From positions 32,001 through 96,000 of the IMG/VR virus record IMGVR_UViG_3300036795_000250: 64,000 nt of DNA; one strand, 5' to 3'. The first letter of the stretch is position 1, and each line of letters begins with the position of its first letter. Source of the DNA: a virus. Below the pieces are notes generated by a model that was given only the letters and a program-made list of their open reading frames with translations, had not been told where the DNA came from and did not search any database. Below are positions 59,157 through 64,000 of this stretch, piece after piece. A program made the translations under genes and the position numbers.

Positions 59157-59504
59157 CTACCGAGCGCTCAGTTGATCACTCGTGTCGTCGACGGCGACGA
59201 ACAGGGGCAGCGCATCGGCCCTGAGTTCATAGCAATGGTGTCGGCCCGGCACGGTCAGGCGCAGAGAATCGCCCCGGCACAATGTCACGTAGTTTTTTTG
59301 CCACAAATACTCTTGCTCATCGGCGTCGAATGTGTCTGTCCAGGTGTGGTCTTCCAGCGTCATTACCCGCGTGGATTGAACAATGCGATGTGCTGTGTCG
59401 CGGAGCCAGTCAGCCACCATGCTGGGCGAGTACAGAATCTCGGACTCCGTTGTCCCACTGCGGCTACTGGATATCGTGACGTGCCAGCGAGTACAGCAAG
59501 CCAT
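59157..59504 (-). CDS. Hypothetical protein
   Basis: AAGGAG SD before ATG 59504. Confidence 0.5.
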   Translation of the reverse strand: MACCTRWHVTISSSRSGTTESEILYSPSMVADWLRDTAHRIVQSTRVMTLEDHTWTDTFDADEQEYLWQKNYVTLCRGDSLRLTVPGRHHCYELRADALPLFVAVDDTSDQLSAR

Positions 59505-59766
59505 GGTTGTCTCCTTGGATCTGGATGACAAGCAACGGCCCCAGTAACGAGACGGGGGATGCGACGCTCGTTACTGGGGCCTCTTGATCTCGGGAGATCC
59601 GACCGGCGCTCACCTTCCCACGTGCCAGCGCGGGGAACCTCGACCGAGAGAGCTGTAAGTCCATAGAAGCGCTAGTGCTGTCGACGTAAGGCTGCTGCTA
59701 CCGATCACATCGACAACCCGAAACGTACGCGTGCGGATAGAACTGCGTCAACCAACTAGACACATG

Positions 59767-59799
59767 AAAAAGGCCCGTACTGATATCAGTACGGGCCTT
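59767..59799 (-). terminator. Terminator of the lsr2-like gene (30-bp perfect palindrome plus T-run)
   Basis: AAGGCCCGTACTGATATCAGTACGGGCCTT, with TTTTT on minus strand. Confidence 0.75.
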
Positions 59800-59869
59800 G
59801 CGTGCGTGTACAGAGTTGGCGGACGTGGGACCGGGAGCCGCCCGAGGACGATTCCCGGTCCAATCGCGC

Positions 59870-60292
59870 CTAGCGAGCGTGAGCCGCGTCGTACTCCGCA
59901 AGAAGCTTCCTGCTCACGAAGCCGTATTTCTTCTTCGTGTCGCCCGTCTGTTCCGCCTTCCAGGCGTGGATGATCCTCCGGTCGGCGTTGGTGAGGTCCT
60001 GGTCGGTGCGCTCGGCCGGTGCCTCCTCCTCGTCGCCGTCAGCCTCGTCGTCCTCGTCGTCGAAAGCACCCTCGTCGTCGAGCAAGGACACCGGGTCCGC
60101 GAGATCGTCATCGGTTGCGAGCCGAGCGACACGGAGGAAGGGCTTCAACGCTTCTTCCAGCAGTTTCCGGTTCTTCTCCGTGACGTCGATCAGGTACCAC
60201 TTGTCGTCGAGACCGAACTGAGTGGTCTGGACGTTCTCAGCCGTGGCGGGGGTGCCGTTGAGGTCGTCGAACAAGATTTCCCTTGTGGCCAT
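59870..60292 (-). CDS. lsr2: Lsr2-like protein with acidic linker and altered AT-hook
   Basis: MATREILFDDLNG..TTQFGLDDKWYLIDVTEKN..L.EALKPF..AR dimerisation domain; C-terminal IHAW..KKKYGFVSRKLLAEYDAAH. Confidence 0.85.
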   Translation of the reverse strand: MATREILFDDLNGTPATAENVQTTQFGLDDKWYLIDVTEKNRKLLEEALKPFLRVARLATDDDLADPVSLLDDEGAFDDEDDEADGDEEEAPAERTDQDLTNADRRIIHAWKAEQTGDTKKKYGFVSRKLLAEYDAAHAR

Positions 60293-60466
60293 CGCTGTGT
60301 ACCTTCTCAAAATAGGCGGTCGGTGGTGGCGATCATAGACGTTATCGAGAATCGTCGACAAGACGTTTCACTCACTCAGCCTGTGAGTCTTGGACCGGCA
60401 CGGACACATGCGGCCGATGTTCTTAGTGAGTGGTTGGTAGCACGGAGACGAGGGAGAAGGAGAGCT

Positions 60467-61494
60467 GTGAACGAAACCATTCGGCTGGCGCGCATCGCCG
60501 CTGCCCACGAACAAAGACAGCTGGGTGGTGGCATCGTGTCCGGCTACTGCGCCGAGTGTGAGCACATCTGGCCGTGTCCCACGTATGTCTGGGCGTCTGA
60601 AGATCGTGATGTGTTCGCCGCCTGGGATCCCGACGACGATGAGGAGGAGTCGTAATGTCTGGAAAAGATCCTATGCACCATCGCATCGATTGGGTCCGGC
60701 TGTGCGCCGCGCTGGAGATGGCCTGCGAGATCCGGGCCTGCACTCTCCACGATGCCGCCCTCGTCATCGGGGTCTCGCCGAGCACGCTGACCCGCATGCG
60801 CCAGGGCCGCACGCTCAGTGCGGACGCGCTGGCCGGACTGGTGGCGTGGCTGTACCCGCAGCACATCCCGCGCTGGATTCGGGAGGTGCCGTGATGCCGA
60901 CGCCCTATCCCGGCAGGGAGAACGAACAGGACCTCGGTGACGGGCACTCGTACACCTGGCTGTACAGCTCGACCGATCAGGTCGTCGGGCTGATCGAGCA
61001 TCATCCGAAGGGCGCTGGCGCGCGGCCAGAGGCACTGTACTGCGGCGGCTACGTAGCCTGGGCACCAGAAGATGCTCAACAAGGTGTGCACCCGCCGTGG
61101 GCCGCATGGCACCAGTTGGTCGCGGGCGGCCCCGGCGATGAAGAGCATCTGACCATCGCGCCGAGCCTGGCCTGCCGCACCTGCCCGAGCCACGGGTGGA
61201 TCCGCGACGGGCGCTGGGTGCCCGCATGACGTCAGGATGGGGTAGGCCATGACGAAGGACCCGCGCACACAGCTCGATGCTTATGCCACCGAGGAGGCCC
61301 TGCCGATCGGCATCCGATCGACCCGCGAGCACCTGGCTCCGAGAGTATTCGCTGCGGTGCGGGCCCTACTGGAGCTGGCCGAGCGTTCCCGTGACCTCGA
61401 AGGTCTCGTTGCCGGTTGGGAGATCGAGCAGACCATCTCAATCGCATTGACACCGCCGCGTCGATCCTCAGTCGCCGACGACCCCTCGGAATGA
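60467..61494 (+). CDS. Four-gene operon: Cys protein 60467-60655, XRE-like HTH 60655-60894, DUF6527-like 60894-61229, hypothetical 61249-61494
   Basis: SD and TAATG/TGATG coupling; AALVIGVSPSTLTRMRQG; LTIAPSLACRTCPSHGWIRDGRW. Confidence 0.65.
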
Positions 61495-61893
61495 GGTGCG
61501 CAGTTCGACATCGGTGGCCTTCTCGACCCGCATGTAGGGGTTAGAGCCAGGCTGGTGTAAAGGCGCATACGGCTTATCGTTGCCGAGCATGAAGAACTCG
61601 GCCGCTTCGTGTTGCTCGACTAGCAGGATCTGATCGAATAGCCAGTCTCGCCACGAGCGCTCCTCATAGGCGGCCGGCGGGACTGGCATCAGGTGATCGA
61701 CGCAGATCGTCCTGTCTTGGTCCGAGGAATCAGGGGCCACAATGCCAATGATCAGCGTCAGCCCGATACTGCCTTGTCCTCGGTCATAACCGTCAACAAG
61801 GGCAAACCGCCAGCCGCGCTTGTAAGCGAGTTGGTCAACCAGGGCGGCCAGCAGATCGGGGTATGGGGCGAGCTGTGTCATGGACTCGGGCAT
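61468..61893 (-). CDS. Conserved actinophage hypothetical protein
   Basis: LAYKRGWRF..PVPPAAY..W..WLFD..VEQHEAAEFF..PY.PLH; start approximate. Confidence 0.6.
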   Translation of the reverse strand: MPESMTQLAPYPDLLAALVDQLAYKRGWRFALVDGYDRGQGSIGLTLIIGIVAPDSSDQDRTICVDHLMPVPPAAYEERSWRDWLFDQILLVEQHEAAEFFMLGNDKPYAPLHQPGSNPYMRVEKATDVELRTSFRGVVGD

Positions 61894-62376
61894 CGTCGGC
61901 CTCCCAGCGGGAGTGGCCATCATAGGGGTGGCGATCGACGTCCCGATAACGCACCCCCGCGCAGAATGCGTCGATCGTGGGCGCGGGATGAGTCCGTCCC
62001 ATATGTACATCAATTGGTACACTAGGGACATTGAGTTGCATGTCGCGATTCGCCTTGGCTGACAACGGAATTCCGACGGCTGCCGATACGGCAAGCTCCA
62101 TACAGCCGTTGTGTCGATACCCCGAATGGGTGATGCTAGTTGCTCGTTGCGATCTGCATCTCTAACGTGAAATAGCTGGTACGAGCTCGTAGCGTTAAGG
62201 TACTGACACTCTAGACCCGGGTGTTATGTACATGTTAGAAGCCATATGGATCAGACCGCTTTGGAGGGTCTAGAGTGCCGACAGTGCAACATCAGTGCGC
62301 GAGGCAACAGCAAGCTTCTCCACGCGTCGCGCCGCTGATATGGACCACTGATCATGGCCACTGAAAGCTGTCTGTC

Positions 62377-63387
62377 ATGACATCCCGGAGAATCCGGTGG
62401 GACGACCGTACGTTATCCCCATATGAGCTGACCTTCGTCCCGCCTAATTGCCGCGCGGTCACGGACCCCAACCTCGCTCGTCAGCGCATCCGCGACGTGC
62501 TGACCCACGCGGAGCTACCGGCCCACCGAGCACAGCGGTACCTGACGCTGTGGGATTCCTGCCTGTACCACGGTTTGCAGGAGTCCGGGCTCGTCGTGGC
62601 ATGCCTGCGAGCGTTGGCTGATGCGGTGGGTTTGCCGTCGAGCGCCATCACCAGGCAATGGTCGGCATGGTGCATCGACCAGCAGGTGTGGGTCTCCGTC
62701 CCGGGACGGCTCTACTCACGACATCCGCGTGCACGCGATCCTCATCTGGGTCTGCGTACGCGGGCATATCTAGTGATCGCGCCCCTGTCATAGCTTCGCA
62801 CAGATCTCAACCGGCACAGCCCCTGCCGATCGAACCACGATAAGAGGTGAGAACTGTCCAATGCCACTACCAGTTCGGTGTGACCGGCTCACCGTCATCG
62901 ACGGCGGATGGCGCATCAAGACCAACGATGCCGGTACCCATTACATCGACGTGCTCTCGATGCTGTTCAACTACCGGATCTGTACGACTCCGATCCGGTC
63001 GCTCTATCTCACCGACCGGCACTGGTGCTACGCCGGGAAGGGTGGTGACGTGTTCCTGCGGTGCGTGCTCGCTGCGTCGGCCTGGGATGGCGCGGACGAC
63101 ACAGAACCCGTGGGCTGGAACAAGAATGGACAGACCGGCGAGTGGCGCGCACCCGAGATCACAGTACCGCCGCAGGACTAGACTGGGTTCCCATGAAACG
63201 CGGGCGGAAAACCCAGACGGTGTACCGAATGCAGGTCAACGAGGGCGGGTGTTGGAGATCGTTGACCCAGCGGAATACCAAGCAAGAGGCACTCGATGAT
63301 CTGGCGGACTCCGAGCTCGACGATCCCGATCTCGAATATCGAGTGACACCGCGCCGCATCTATCCCAAGCGAACGGCGTTCGACTAA
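62377..63387 (+). CDS. Three hypothetical genes (62377-62793, 62861-63181, ~63193-63387)
   Basis: Co-oriented ORFs; the second has IDVLSMLFNYRI..DRHWCY..W.G..EP.GW. Confidence 0.5.
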
Positions 63388-64000
63388 GGAAGGAGGGAGG
63401 GAGGTGTTATGGGCTTAGCACCGGCCAGGCGCAGCGAGTCAGCTGAGATCTGGGGGCGTAACCGTGCGCGTGTAGCGCTAGGGCCGGTCGATTCCTCTCG
63501 GGAACACACAGCAGTGACTCTGTTATATGCAGGGATTTTAGGCGCCAGCCTGACTAGCCTCGCTTCGCTGAGCGCGACTAGCGGCACGTGGTGGTTGCTG
63601 ATAACAGCAATCATGTCGAGCTTCTGCGCCGGCTCCGCACTCGCCATTGTGGACCGTTGGGTGAGTCAGGATCAGTTCTGCTGACCGTTACTGCGTGCTG
63701 GGCACCGAGGTCGTCGGTACCCGAGTCACGGTAACCGGGGTAACGCAAGCCGAGTGCGCCCAATCACTCCCAACCCGCTGGATGGAGGTGTTTTTCGGGA
63801 AATCCTTGAGACACAAGGTGCACGTTCCCGAGTATCGCGCTTTCACCAGGGCAAACCTCTCACGAGGTGGTCACATTTCACACTTTCACAGTTCCGCACG
63901 AACCCGCACGTTCTATCGGATAAATATCCGCTGCGTAGTGCTTGTGCCCAGGGGTAGGGGAACCCGGGGCTGGAAGGCGACCACCAACGGTCTCTTTTAC

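Noticed and set aside
63690-64000. Genome terminus or origin at the window end (TTTCAC and CCGCACG short repeats)
   Set aside because: Repeats are too short and the context is cut by the window edge

Overview
The whole window is part of a large, GC-rich temperate actinobacteriophage genome in its non-integrated form. An intact attP lies at ~22.95-23.19 kb (28-bp core matching a tRNA-Val 3' end, flanked on both sides by arm-type repeats), next to an L5-like tyrosine integrase. From left to right: tail genes (+); a SNF2 helicase / WhiG-FliA-type sigma factor / DnaB block (+); a head-packaging operon (-: TerL, portal, three membrane proteins, MuF-like); accessory genes (glycosyltransferase, HIT, EEP nuclease, XRE); attP/int; and a long minus-strand arm. 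That arm carries a holin, Xis, an epimerase-methyltransferase-glycosyltransferase module and a nearly complete replication/recombination kit: family-A polymerase, beta-clamp, all three bacterial clamp-loader subunits (DnaX, HolA, HolB), gp32-like SSB, RecA, Endo VII, Mre11 plus a Rad50 split into two genes, a RecB/Cas4-like nuclease and DUF932. It also carries a GH25 endolysin and a secreted Rpf-LysM protein; a stand-alone primase Zn-finger, a HAD protein and an altered Lsr2 follow near the right end. No major capsid or tape-measure gene was seen, so the genome extends beyond the window. Most notable: (1) a hybrid replisome pairing a PolA that has a DnaE-like C-terminal domain with a full Pol III clamp and loader; (2) a phage sigma factor with candidate cognate CCGATAG promoters before head genes; (3) dormancy/silencing factors (Rpf, WhiG-like sigma, Lsr2 lacking its AT-hook); (4) the split Rad50; (5) a 27-nt duplicated gene start that creates a leader peptide for the XRE gene. 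All family calls are from motif recognition by eye; no database search was run.
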